Assembly: GCA_964016885.1 (NCBI GenBank)
Contig: OZ024743.1
Location: 183,644,001 to 183,708,000, forward strand
DNA length: 64,000 bases
Direction: 5' to 3'
Source of the DNA: Eledone cirrhosa
Lineage: Eukaryota
Each line of letters starts with the position of its first letter. Position 1 is the stretch's first letter. The notes beneath the pieces were generated by a model. The model was not told the DNA's origin and made no database searches. It saw only the letters and a program-made list of their open reading frames with translations. Positions 40,291 to 52,334 of this stretch are shown here, one piece after another. The translations under genes were made by a program, and so were the position numbers.

Positions 40291-43200
40291 TGATCGGACG
40301 CCTTTTTGCTCGCTCTCGTAAGTCTCTATATTTACCTGTCATAAATTATTTATTGTTAAATTTTTGTTGTTGTGTAAGGGATTTAAGTCCTTGGACTTTG
40401 CCCTGTGAATGGGAAAGTATAATATTTGGGCCTTTTGGCCCAAATATTTGAACTTTTTACATTTAAAAATTATCGAAAAAAAAGAAACATGGCTGAGCCC
40501 AGCGATATGTCTGCTGTCGTGTGACAATGACGTAAAAGTTGAGAGGATAGTTACGGTACAGTGAACACAGAAATTGATACAACAAACACCACCACAAACA
40601 ACGTGAACAAAGATAGCAATGACAACAACACTGAGAACACTAATTTTGAAAAAAATTACCACACCAACCAAAATACAGACAACAGAAAAAATGACAGCAA
40701 ATGCAACAACAATATTAACACCACTAACATGAAAACAAATAGCAACAACAGCAACAACACCAACAGCAACAATACAAATTGCACAGAGAACAACAACAAC
40801 AACACTAAAGACACAACCAACTGCAACAGTGATAACAGCAACAACACTAACAACACCATTTGTAGCACCAACAACAAGACCAGTAGCGGCAGCAACAATG
40901 ATGCCACTGAAAAAAGGCCCATCTCTTTTGCAAAGGTGGCTCGCAGAGTAGAAACAGTCCTGGTCACAGAGGAGGAGATGGCGGTCACAAGATACATGGT
41001 AACCAGAATTGAATTTTCAGTGTCCTTGAAACCACCAACCGACTTCCTGGAGGAACAAGAGCGACGTACAGTGTCATATCGCATGATTGTCACAAAATTG
41101 CATCATGTGGAGAGAGCCTCGGAGGCCCAAATCCAGAAAGCCTTGGAAACTGTTGTGGACACGGAAAACCCACATCACCCGAGCCAAGAAATATGCTACC
41201 GTGGACGTCCTTTTTGCTACCACCCAAGAAGCAAAATCGCACTCAATGAGGACCCTACGAAGTGATGACATAACATTAGTCCCGTTTTACTGCAGGAAAA
41301 AAATTGCAAAGGTCAAGGTAACCCAGGTTCCGCCCTACATACCTGGGCTGGTCGTGTCTGTTCTTGCGAGCATCGAGGATAGAACAACCATTCTGCAGGT
41401 ACAGAAGTTGGGGAGAGAGGACTGGTCTGGTATTGGAATGGAGATGTTCATCCAAACCGACCAGGACTGCATTAGCGCTATTCCTGACATAATAAACCTT
41501 GGGAATGGCTCCCAATTTCCCATATCTGTGGAAGGAAGGTGCCCAAAGTGCTTCAACTGTGGATCGAAGTCTCACTCAGGGACTTCTGCCCACAGAAAAT
41601 AAAGGCGAAGGCCCCCCTCTTTCCAACGCCGGAACCGCTGCCATCAGAAACAGTCAGCGAAAAAGTCAGGAGCTTCTACTGAGAGTAGGAAGACAACGTC
41701 CGTGGCGCCCACACCAAAGCTATGGACAACAAAAACAGCAGCGGCAACTGCAGCAACAGAAACAGTTGCACTAGCTGCACCTGTACCAAGAACGGCAGAC
41801 CAGGCTCCACCACCGCCACCAACAACAACAAAGAAAAATGAGATGGTAGAAATCATACGCCTCCCTGACCTCTCACAGTAGGACATGGAGTATGAGGTGG
41901 CTGAGGAGTGGAAAACGATTGTCAACAAACAAAACAAATGCAAAAATACCACAGCTTCTCCCTCCAAAAGTGAAGGCAAAGAAAGAGGGGTAAAGGCTGC
42001 AAGGAGACTTGCAGCAACACCACCACCATCACCACAACAAGCATCACCACCAACAACAACCACACCACCACCAACATCACCAAAAACAGCAACATCGCAA
42101 ACACAACAAAGCACACACACCCAACAGCAACAACAAGAAAACAGCAATACAATCACCCCACCCCCCACCCCCACCAAGTACACAGCCATAAATATCACAC
42201 ACAAAGGATTAATGGAACATATAAAACAACACACAGACATTACGGACATAAATTATCACACCCCACCAACACCAAGAACATTACCAAAAAATATTAACAT
42301 TGTAGAAATTAAACTCGAAGATTGCAAACAATTAAAACAAAAATTCCCCAAGGCAGTTGGGGATTTCAGTGGGGTCACTCTCCAAAAGAATCTATACAGA
42401 TATCATCTTGGAGACACCCATGACCAGCCGAAGGGACGGTTCTACTGTCCCTTGCCCACATGATCAAGGTAAGTGATCCTTTCTCACTTACCCCGTTCCT
42501 CACCCAGCATGGCCGTACTCAGAATAGGCAGTGTAAATGTACGTGGCCTGGGATCATCTTGGAAGCAGGATCACCTGCTCAACGACCTCAGGTCACTAAA
42601 CATAGTTGTGGAGGCCATCAGTGAGACCAGAATCTCCGAAGCATGAGCCTTCGCACCGATCTTCAGCGGCTACTGATGTATATATGCATCTCCTAGCCGT
42701 CCAGGATCAAGGGGAGGAGTTGCTGTGCTGGACATGACCGGCAATGGCCCGGTTACTGGAAGCTGAACGTGTCTTTCTCGGCGCGCCAAACTTACAGAGA
42801 CCGGATTAGCGAATTAGTTAAGCGTGCGTTGATGGGTGCAATCGCCAACAACAGGTGGGGGTTTACTCTGAAAAGGGTTATTACAGTAGAATCGATAATG
42901 TTTAGCAAAGGAGGAGTGATAGAGGGAGAGCTAGTTAGAAAAGCTAGAAGAGGCATTTAGGACAGGCATCGCAACCGACGTGCTTGCGACGAGATTGGCA
43001 CTCAACCAGTTCTTCAACACAAAGCATGAAGGCTGCGTTGTCAGTGCTAGAGCGCGTGCTCTGAGACACGAGGGGACGAAAGCTGTTCAATGGGCCCGGG
43101 TGGTCGAGGCGCGATGTGGTAATACATCCACAATTCGGTCTTTGCCTGATCAAAATGGGTGCATGTTGCTCGAACCCGAGCAGATGTGTACGGCTTTTCA

Positions 43201-44530
43201 ACAGCACTTTGCTCAATTGATCGGGAGTGATGGCGGGCTGGATTGGAGTATGGACTTCAGTGCATACCTCGATGGACTGTCGCGGCTCTCGACGACCGCA
43301 GCGCAGTGCTGCGAAAAGTCAATAACAGCAGGTGAAATACGGGAAGCGATGTCTGACTCCATGAGTGGTAAATCACCAGGATTGGATGGTCTGCCCTACG
43401 AGCTATATGCGTACATGGCAGACTTATTCGGTGACCTCTTGGCAGATGTCTACTGCAACTGGCAGCAGAACAGGAGCATTCCCAGTTTTGTGAGCCAAGC
43501 AGCAGTGGCGCTGCTGAGAAAAGACCTGAATAAGGGGGACGTTATAGACAACTTCAGGCCCATAACTCTACTAAACGCAGAGTTCAAGTTTTTGGCCAAG
43601 ATGTTAGCAAAGAGATTGGCGCTTGTCGTCAGTGACCTGGTGGGAGAGGCTGAGGCATGCACCATTCCGGACAGACCCATCCACGACAACCTCCATCTCA
43701 TGCGATACATCATAGAGAGGGTGGCTAAGGAAACTAGCACGGGTGGGGCCCTGATCAACGTGGATCAATCTAAAGCATTTGATAGGGTCAACCATTGGTA
43801 CCTGGCTGCGGTCCTCGAGGCAGCCGGCTTCGGGCCCATTTTTAGGGCTGGATCGCTGCGATGCACAGGGACATCTGCTCGATTGTGAGGGTGAATGGTC
43901 ACCTGTCGCAGCCGTTTAGCATCATGTGCTCGGTCCGAAAGAGTTGTCCCCTCTTGTCCCTACTGGCCCTCGAGCCGTTACTGCACAAATTGGAGATGAA
44001 AAGGGGGTCCCACGCGAACTGGGATGCAGGAGTTCCATGTCAGCTTATGCCGAAGATGTCACCGTGGTGGTGTCGAGCACCAAACACGTCCAGATGCTTG
44101 GCACCGCTCTCAAGGAATACGAAGCGGTGACAGAAGCAAAGATAAACCAGGGAAAGTCGGTGGGTTTGCAACTCAGCACCTGGAGAGAGAAGTCCATGCC
44201 TTCCGACAGCATCATGGGGCACTGGACGGAAGGATCTGTTAAATTGCTCGGGGTCTGGTTTGGTCCGGACCGCCAGATGGAGAAAAACTGGAGCAAGGTG
44301 ACGAGCAGGGTGGCCTCTCACCCAGAAATGGGCCGAGAGGAGGCTATCTCTGAAAGATCGGGCGGAGGTGGTGAATGCATACATCACGTCCGTCATCTGC
44401 TACCGCCTGACCGTCGTACCTTGCCCCCCGCCCAACTCTGACCAAAATAGAGCGACTTCTCTTCTGCTTTTTGTGGAAGGGACGTGGTCCCATGGTCAGA
44501 CAATCCATCTGCTGTCAGCACCCGTTGCAT
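40290..44530 (+). mobile_element. Tx1/L1-clade LINE, decayed and 3'-truncated: ORF1 (Asn/Thr-rich, zinc knuckle), ORF2 (APE start, RT)
   Basis: ORF1 CFNCGSKSH; ORF2 IGSVNVRGL..ISETR (near 42510), KSPGLDGLPYELY, NFRPITLLNAEFK.LAK.LA.RL, DQSKAFDRVNH, AYAEDV, KLLGVWFG; several frameshifts and stops; APE largely deleted. Confidence 0.92.
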
Positions 44531-46034
44531 TCGTATTCCCTGATTTTCCATGCTAGTCTAATAAGCATGGGTTGGGGAAGACTTTTTTTGTTTTTATTGA
44601 AACACTATTCTACAACTGGTCATTTGTATGTCAAACTGCTGAGCTGCAGGACATTGTTTATGCAGGTCATAAACAAATGTCACTGCCAGTGTGAGTGGTG
44701 ACAAATGTAAAGTAAAGACTGACCCACATAAACACACTCTCACCCCCCACACATTATGAGGTTCTCTATAGTTTCTGTCTACCAAATTTAGCCACATGCC
44801 ATTGATCATCCTTAGGTAAAAGTAGAAGACACGTGTCTAAGGTGTTATACACTGAGATAGAACTTAAAATCAAGTGGTTTCATTCCAATTGTATTTCTCT
44901 TTAAACATTGTTAATGCTAATGGGAAAACATGTCTTACAACATCTCATTTCCCCTTAATATGAAATCGTACCTCTCTGCTTAAGTAAAAAAAAAGAAGTG
45001 CTAATAATGTTGAAAATATGTTTAGAAAATGGTAAGCAAGACTTGAAAATTGAATGAGATTTCACTGTACCTTTGACTATATAAAACACTGATAATATCG
45101 AGGTGTATAAAGCTACTAATAATATTGGGGTCTGTAAGCCTATTGATAATACTGGGGTCTATAAACCTACCGAAAAGGGAAAGATGGATCAGCTCATATG
45201 GAAGTCATCCAGTAAACAAGAGGTGTGGGATCAACTCCCATGTGTGCTGTTGTCCATCTTTTTCTGTTCAGTGGGTTTATATGCCCCATTATTATTAGCT
45301 TTGCCTTTCATCGTTACGTAATTGATAAAATAAAGCACTAATAATGCACTGGGAGTCAATATAATTGACTTTCCTCATCCCCTTCAAATTGCTGGCCTTG
45401 TGCCTAAAGTAGAAACAATTATTAGATCATTTTATTTAGTCAAAGTTACAGAAAAATCTTCTTATTCAATTTTCAATAATAAAATAATTTGAAACGTAGT
45501 CATGCCAACACCAAAGACTTTAATAATAGTTGATGGCCACAAATTTCTTAAGTCAGCCTGTTGTTTACAATAATAGTAATTTGTAATTTGTTTGTATGAG
45601 ACACAAAGCCAATATTGTAGAGGTGGAAGTATAATCTATGGTAAACATGGACTGAATATTAATTTCTGACATGAATATTGTGGTATATACTGTTTAAATG
45701 ACTATATGTGTGTGTGTGGGTGGGGGGGAGGGGGGATCTGCCAGGAGTTGGCTGGTAGATAGTATCACCAATGGAAACATTTTTTCCTTGGTCCAATTTG
45801 AAATGTTCCACTTCACTCGGTAAAAGAGTGAGGTCTGGGATGTTGTCAATTGGTTTGATCAGTATATAAAGTAGAAAAGAGGAAATATATAATATTAAAA
45901 AAAAATTGTATTGAAAGAATATTCTGACTATATATACCCGTGACGAATTCCTTTGACCCACATATATTACTGGTATTTGTTATCTTCTATAAATGAAAAG
46001 CAAAAATTAACCGTGGCGGAATTTGAACTAAAAA

Positions 46035-46697
46035 GTAGATATTGGTTCTAGCTCTATATCATCTGTTAGTAGATACTATACTATCAGTTCCAGCTCTATA
46101 TCTGTTAGTAGATACTATACTATTAGTTCCAGCTCTGTATCAGTTAGTAGATACTAAACTATTAGCTCCAGCTCTATATCTGTTAGAAGATACTATACTA
46201 TTAGCTCCAGCTCTGTATCATGTTAATAGACACTATACTATTGGTTCCAGCTCTGTATCATCTGTTAGTAGATACTATACTATTAGTTCCAGCTCTATAT
46301 CATATTAGTAGATACTAAACTATTAGTTCCACTGCTATATCAGTTAGTAGATACTATACTATGAGTTCCAGCTCTATATTTGTTAGTAGATACAATACTA
46401 TTGGTTCCAGCTCTGTATCATCTGTTAGTAGATACTATACTATTAGTTCCAGCTCTATATCTGTTAGTAGATACTAAACTATTGGTTCCAGCTCTATATC
46501 TGTTAGTAGATACTATACTATTGGTTCCACCTCTATATCTGTTAGTAGATACTATACTATTGGTTCCAGCCCTATATCATTTGTTAGTAGATATTAAATT
46601 ATTAGTTCCAGCTCTATATCTGTTAGTAGATACTATACTATTAGTTCCAGCTCTATATTATCTGTTAGTACATACTATACTATTAGTTCCAGCTATA
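46035..46697. repeat. 39/42-bp minisatellite, about 16 copies
   Basis: unit tctgttagtagatactatactattagttccagctctata. Confidence 0.95.
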
Positions 46698-46909
46698 TTG
46701 AACTAAAAACCTTACAATATTTACATTTCTACATCAAATTTGCCTTTCATCACTCCAGATTAAAAATAATGAAATTATTTGTAATTAGCAATTTAATGTA
46801 ATAAATCAGTTTAGTGTAGTCTTCTCTCATCTACCTCCTTTGTTTTTAATCAATGATGATAATAATAATTGCTGTTATTTTCTCTAACTTAAATGTTTTT
46901 ATTCTCTAG

Positions 46910-47046
46910 GTCTCCCAACCTTTCTCGGCCATTATCAATGGACATTTCTGATTGGAATCCATTTGGAGAAGACCATTTTAGTTCCTATACTGAAGATATT
47001 ATTTTTGGAAAAGAATTTGATAAAATTCGGCGAGGTTCAAATAGTA
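46910..47046 (+). CDS. AAK1: AAK1/BMP2K-like exon: SPNLSRPLSMDISDWNPFGEDHFSSYTEDIIFGKEFDKIRRGSNS
   Basis: ctctag acceptor, A|gtaag donor; WNPF..D.F...TE.....EF.K motif conserved in AAK1/BMP2K. Confidence 0.93.
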
Positions 47047-47789
47047 GTAAGTTTCCAGCACATATTTCCCTTTGTGAAAGTTAGCTTTTATTTTGAAAAC
47101 AGAAGTGTGAATTATTCGTGATTTTATTTTTCTCATTGGGATGATACATAACTACTTGATAACTACTTGCCCGCTTAAAAACATACTATAACACTTCCTA
47201 ATATAAATATATTAAATGACAGAATCATCTTGCTTCTCTTTGCTTAGTAAAATGAGCTTTATTATCTATTACTCTTACCAGGGGTTTCAATGTCCAGGTA
47301 TTTACCCATTTTTCCAGTGACAAAATGGTTGCAAGAAACTTCTCTTTGATCAGTCATGGGCAAACTGTGACCTGCCAAGCTGCATGTAGCCCTTTTGACT
47401 TTCTGAATGGCATGCTTAATGCGGTGCATTGCTTGGAAAAGGTTATCCATGCCTGCTTTAGATAGATGCTAGATGTCACAAGTTCTAGTTATGCAAGGAC
47501 ATGAACCTAGAAAGTTATGATTTGGAATCATACAGACATCAAACTTATTGGTTACATTAGGAAAATCAATCATGAAAGAAATAATAATTCCTCTCAGATA
47601 ATTGATCCATTTGATTAGGTTAACTATAAATTATCAGCTGATACTTTGTGTTGCTATGGAGAGTGTTAATAAGAATATACCTTGAGTAAATAGATTATTG
47701 CATGTATGTTTACATTACTAGAAACATTACATACACACACACATATATAAACTGTGTTTTATAAATTATTAAATCATTTCATTGTGTAG

Positions 47790-47879
47790 GTATATCAAAT
47801 GTGAAAAGTAGAGAAGATTTGGTTATGTCTGGGTCTGACTCATCGGATCCTTTTTCAAATGCTCCATTCAAAAAACCAG
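47790..47879 (+). CDS. AAK1: AAK1/BMP2K-like exon: SISNVKSREDLVMSGSDSSDPFSNAPFKKP
   Basis: gtgtag acceptor, G|gtaag donor; phase 1 to 1; DPF..APF motif. Confidence 0.88.
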
Positions 47880-48243
47880 GTAAGATATTTTTAATAATAA
47901 TAATAATATACTCTTTAAAGTATTCATTGTAGATATTTTGACTTTAACAAATGAATTGCTTTATGTAGAGATTAATAGTGTTTTCTGTTTATTAATTTAT
48001 TACATTGTATTAGAATCTTTTTGGTTAATTTAATGTATTCATGGCAGCATATATATATATATATATATGTATACATACACACACATATATATATATATAC
48101 ACACTTATATGTATATATGTATGTATAATGTGTGTGTGTTGCCAACATCTTTGGTCATATATGCATGTACAACTTGTTTTCTAATAATCTCAAATAGATA
48201 TATTAGAGTATCTGTGAGCCTATGTACAACAGAATGCACACAC

Positions 48244-48275
<32 letters not shown>

Positions 48276-48984
48276 CAACATATATAGATATATGTATAGA
48301 TGTAAAAGAATTATATGTTTTAAATGACAAAGCATGAATTCACTACTAAATCGTAATGTGTTGTAACCTATGTTATATTTCTTATCAATAAGTTAGCTCA
48401 ACTGTGTGTTTGTACATTTGCATGAGAGACCATGCATGTCCATACACATACAGTTTTTCCATCACACATATATATATACACACAGTTTTTCCATCATATA
48501 CACACACAGTTTATCCATCACATGTACATACACAGTTCTTTCCATCATACACACACACAGATGATCTGTGACTTAAATGAAAATCTAGAATCTATATGCT
48601 AGAAATACATTGTAGTTACTAGTGTAGGTAGAAGTCTTTTGTTGTTCTTCTTTTACTTACCACCATCTTGGACTAAACACATTGTTTCTTGAAACTAACC
48701 AAATCACAAATAACTATTATTATTATTGCTGGTTGATTAGTTTTTGTGCAACTGTTATGTTCTTTTTCTCTTTCATCTCTATATCCATGTAGATTATTTA
48801 GCATTCTGTCTCTTTAAACAAGCTGGTGCACGTGTTTATGCACTGATACGCTAACTTGTGATGTTTTTTTCTCAATTACTGATTTCTTTTAACAGAACTC
48901 TATTCTTACTGACCTATCTTCTCTGTTGATAACTGAAAACTAACAAATCTATTATTAATATTTGATTGCTACAACTAGATGAAC

Positions 48985-49320
48985 AGTCAGTGAATGGTTT
49001 AGAAGTTTGCTTTCCAATCCTTAGATCCTGGGTTCAATCTCACTGTGTGTCATCTTGGGCAAGTGTTTATTTATTACCTTAGCCTCAGGTTGACCCATGA
49101 CATCTTAGTGAAACTGTTTGGAAGTTCAGCAAATGGACTGTACTTGTAATTCAATGGGACAACTTTGTCACACACTATCACATTGAATCTCCCTAAGAAT
49201 TACATTAAGGTTGCATGTGTCTGTGGAATATTTAGTCATTTTCAACTTAATTTCATGAGTAGTCTGTTTCATTGATTAAACAACTGGAACACTTGTCATC
49301 AAATCTGACAAAGGCACATT
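48985..49320 (+). mobile_element. older tRNA/CORE-type SINE; a second copy is split at 50745-50850 / 51430-51600
   Basis: B box gggttcaatc, CORE-like cttgggcaagtg; tail ggactgtacttgtaatt... shared with 51431. Confidence 0.65.
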
Positions 49321-50849
49321 CTACTTAAATAAACAGTAGTTAATTCTTTGTGGTACCGATTTATAACTAGTTTATTTGAACTATTTAGAGTAATGAGCCT
49401 TTGGAAGTAAGTAAGATGTGAAGTATATTAACCCTTTCCTTGCCATATTTCTAATGAAAGACACTATCTATGTCTTAACCCTTTCCTTACCATATTTCTC
49501 ATGAAAAACACTTCCTATGGTTTTCAAATAACTTTGAAAATAATCAAGAATATGGAGGGATTTAGTAAAATAACTTTCTCATTAAACTAGTGTTTGAAAC
49601 ATAACATAAGTTGATTACATGAAATTATGGTGGAAGGTTTTTAGAGAAATATAAATATTTCAAAAGTAACAATTTTGTAAATGTAGAACCAGGGGCATTT
49701 TAAGGTAGGTTGGTATCGAAAGGGCCATGTGTGGCAAATGTCTTATGTATAAGGAAATGATGGAGGTTATATAACAGTGTTTAGTGTATTGGTAGTGGAT
49801 TAGGTCATATAACTGTAGAAGTGGATTACCAGAGGTCAAGTGATCTTACTAGATTAAATGACTCTGGTGTTTGTTCTGTTTGAAATAATTTTTTCAGTAT
49901 TGTTTTTGTAACCCTTTAGATGTGTATCACACATAATTTCTTACTCTTTATTTTCAATATTCACTTAATTTACTCTCAGTGGGTAATTTTCAGGGTGGTG
50001 CAGTAGAGTTGTTGGTTACCAAATATTGGGTAGTTAGATGCTGGAGATAATGGAATGCTGATCAAGGCATTGCAGTGTTTATTATCTTTTGAATTTTAAT
50101 CCTGCTCTGATTGACTGATAAGTACCTTTATTGACTTATATCCTTAATGGTGCTAATGACACAGTACCAAGCAATTGTAGCTGGCTTCTCTCTTTAGACT
50201 TTATATCACCTCAGGTTCACTTTGCTTTCCATCTCTTCTAGGTAAATAAGACAATTATATACTGAAAATAGGATCAATTGAATGGATCCTCTCTCCTACA
50301 AACATTGGTCATGTGTCTAGTCAAAAGAAATTAAGGTTTATAGTTACCGAAAGAATTTCTAGAATCTTCTCTAACATTTGCTGCTCTTCTATCCATTATA
50401 CCACTCGAGTGTTAGTTTAGAGGTTTTGGTACTTAACAGACCCAACCAATTTATGTGTTTTCTTAACCATTTTACTAACACTAGTACAATATATATATAT
50501 AGGCTTCAGTTCACTGTTTAATACTGCCAACATAACTTAAAATGTGTTAGGAATTTATAAGAAATTTTATCAGATATATTATGGACCTGATAGCTAATTC
50601 TTTTCCATATAGCCAATGTATATCCACTTTATGGAGATATCCATAAAGCCAGTGGATATCTCCAACATATAGAGATATCCATATAGCTATATGTTTATCT
50701 TTTCTCACTAGTGGGATTATAGTTGACTTTATAATCCTTAGGTCCTAGGTTCAATCCCATTGCAGGACATCTTTTACAAGTGTCATTTACTATGATTGAC
50801 CTATGTTATGTGGGTGAAACTGGGCTTACAGAAACTGATTGGAAACCAG

Positions 50850-51432
50850 ATGGAGGAATCAAATGCTGTTTGCAGGAGAGGCAGTTGCGTTGGTATGGAT
50901 ATGTAATGCGTATGAAGGATGACAGCTGCATAAAAAAGGTGCAGAGCACTAGAAGTCAATGGAAGCCTTGGAGTGGGGGAGACCCAAGAAGACTTATGAT
51001 GAGGTGATAAAACCGACTATACCCAATTGCACCTCTCAAAGGCGATGACACAGGACCGTGACCTCTGGCGTCACGCAGTAATTGAGAAAACCCAACTTCC
51101 CACAGGTACAAGCCAAAGCTGAAGCATATAGACAATATGCTCCCACCCCCTCACTATAAAGTGGCCGTGGGGGTGTCACAACAAAAAAGCACTCAGCCCA
51201 CACTGTAACGTGGTCGTGTAGGCGCCACGGTAAAACAGCACCCAGTACTCACTGTAAATTAGGTTAGTATTAGGAAGGGCATCCAGCTGTAGAAATCAAG
51301 CTAAAATCAGTTCCTGTATGAGCAAGACAAGGTCACCCGACCTGGCATTGCCCACAACAGGACAACCCATCTAACCCATGCTAGCGTGGAAGAATGGACG
51401 TAAAACGGTGATGATTATGATGATGATGATGG
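50850..51432 (+). mobile_element. RTE subfamily B 3' fragment nested in a SINE
   Basis: IKCCLQERQLRWYGYVMRMKDDSCIKK; 3' UTR homologous to 20520-20945; (GAT)n tail. Confidence 0.88.
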
Positions 51433-52311
51433 ACTGTACTTGTAATTAAGTTGGCTAGTCTTGTCAAACACTGTCACACAGAATCTCCTAGGGAATTACG
51501 TTAAGAGTACACGTGTCTATGGAATACTCAGCCACATACATGCTAATTTCAAGAGCAGGCTGTTCCATTAATTGAACACACTCATCATTGACACTATTTT
51601 AGGTCCATTCCACTAACAAAGGAATACATTCCTGTATAAAGATGAGCTAGACCATCCTGTAAAACTTTTGTAGAACTTTGTTGACTTGGTTTATTGAGAA
51701 CTAACTATTTCGGCCACTTGTATTCATGATCATATTCTTTTGGCCATTACCATAGGTAAGGGTTGGCATGAATACCAAATTGAAGATAGCGAGTTTGGCT
51801 TTTACACCTACCTCCCTTCTGATTACTGTGTGCTGAAAGTGGTGCATTACGACACCAGCCTATGCAATTCTTGTACTTAATTCAGCCTCTTGTCTTCCAT
51901 CACATGTGAACATGATCCTGAGATACTTGAACTTCTCCACCTACTTAAGTTGAACTCCATTCACTTGTAGAGTGCACCACACATTTCCTTAGGAGGATGA
52001 ATGTCACAGTCTTCGCAGCACTGATTTTCATTCTAGCCATGCAGCACTTGTAGTACCTGAGTTACCTTAAAATCCAAATTGGAGCAGACCTCAGTTACCT
52101 TAAAAAAAATGTATTGTTTATTTTGTTAAGAAAAGGAAACTATTTAAAAAGAAGATATAGAATTTAAGTTTAATTTAAAGTGAGTTTTAATCAATGTTAA
52201 TATATATAGAAGACTTGTTATTCACATAATAACATTTATAATTAAAGAAATTCGGGCAACATTAGTTTTGTACTTTTCTAATATTTATATTTTATTTCTT
52301 TCTTGTTATAG

Positions 52312-52334
52312 CTGTCTTACATTTGCCATTATAA
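52312..52334 (+). CDS. possible short terminal coding exon (AVLHLPL*) of the AAK1-like gene
   Basis: long pyrimidine/T tract + ttatag at 52306-52311; phase 1 gives 7 codons then TAA; no homology support. Confidence 0.25.

Noticed and set aside
46042-46706. LLVDTILLVPALY repeat protein
   Set aside because: Result of 39/42-bp units being multiples of 3; intronic, broken by stops, no splice support
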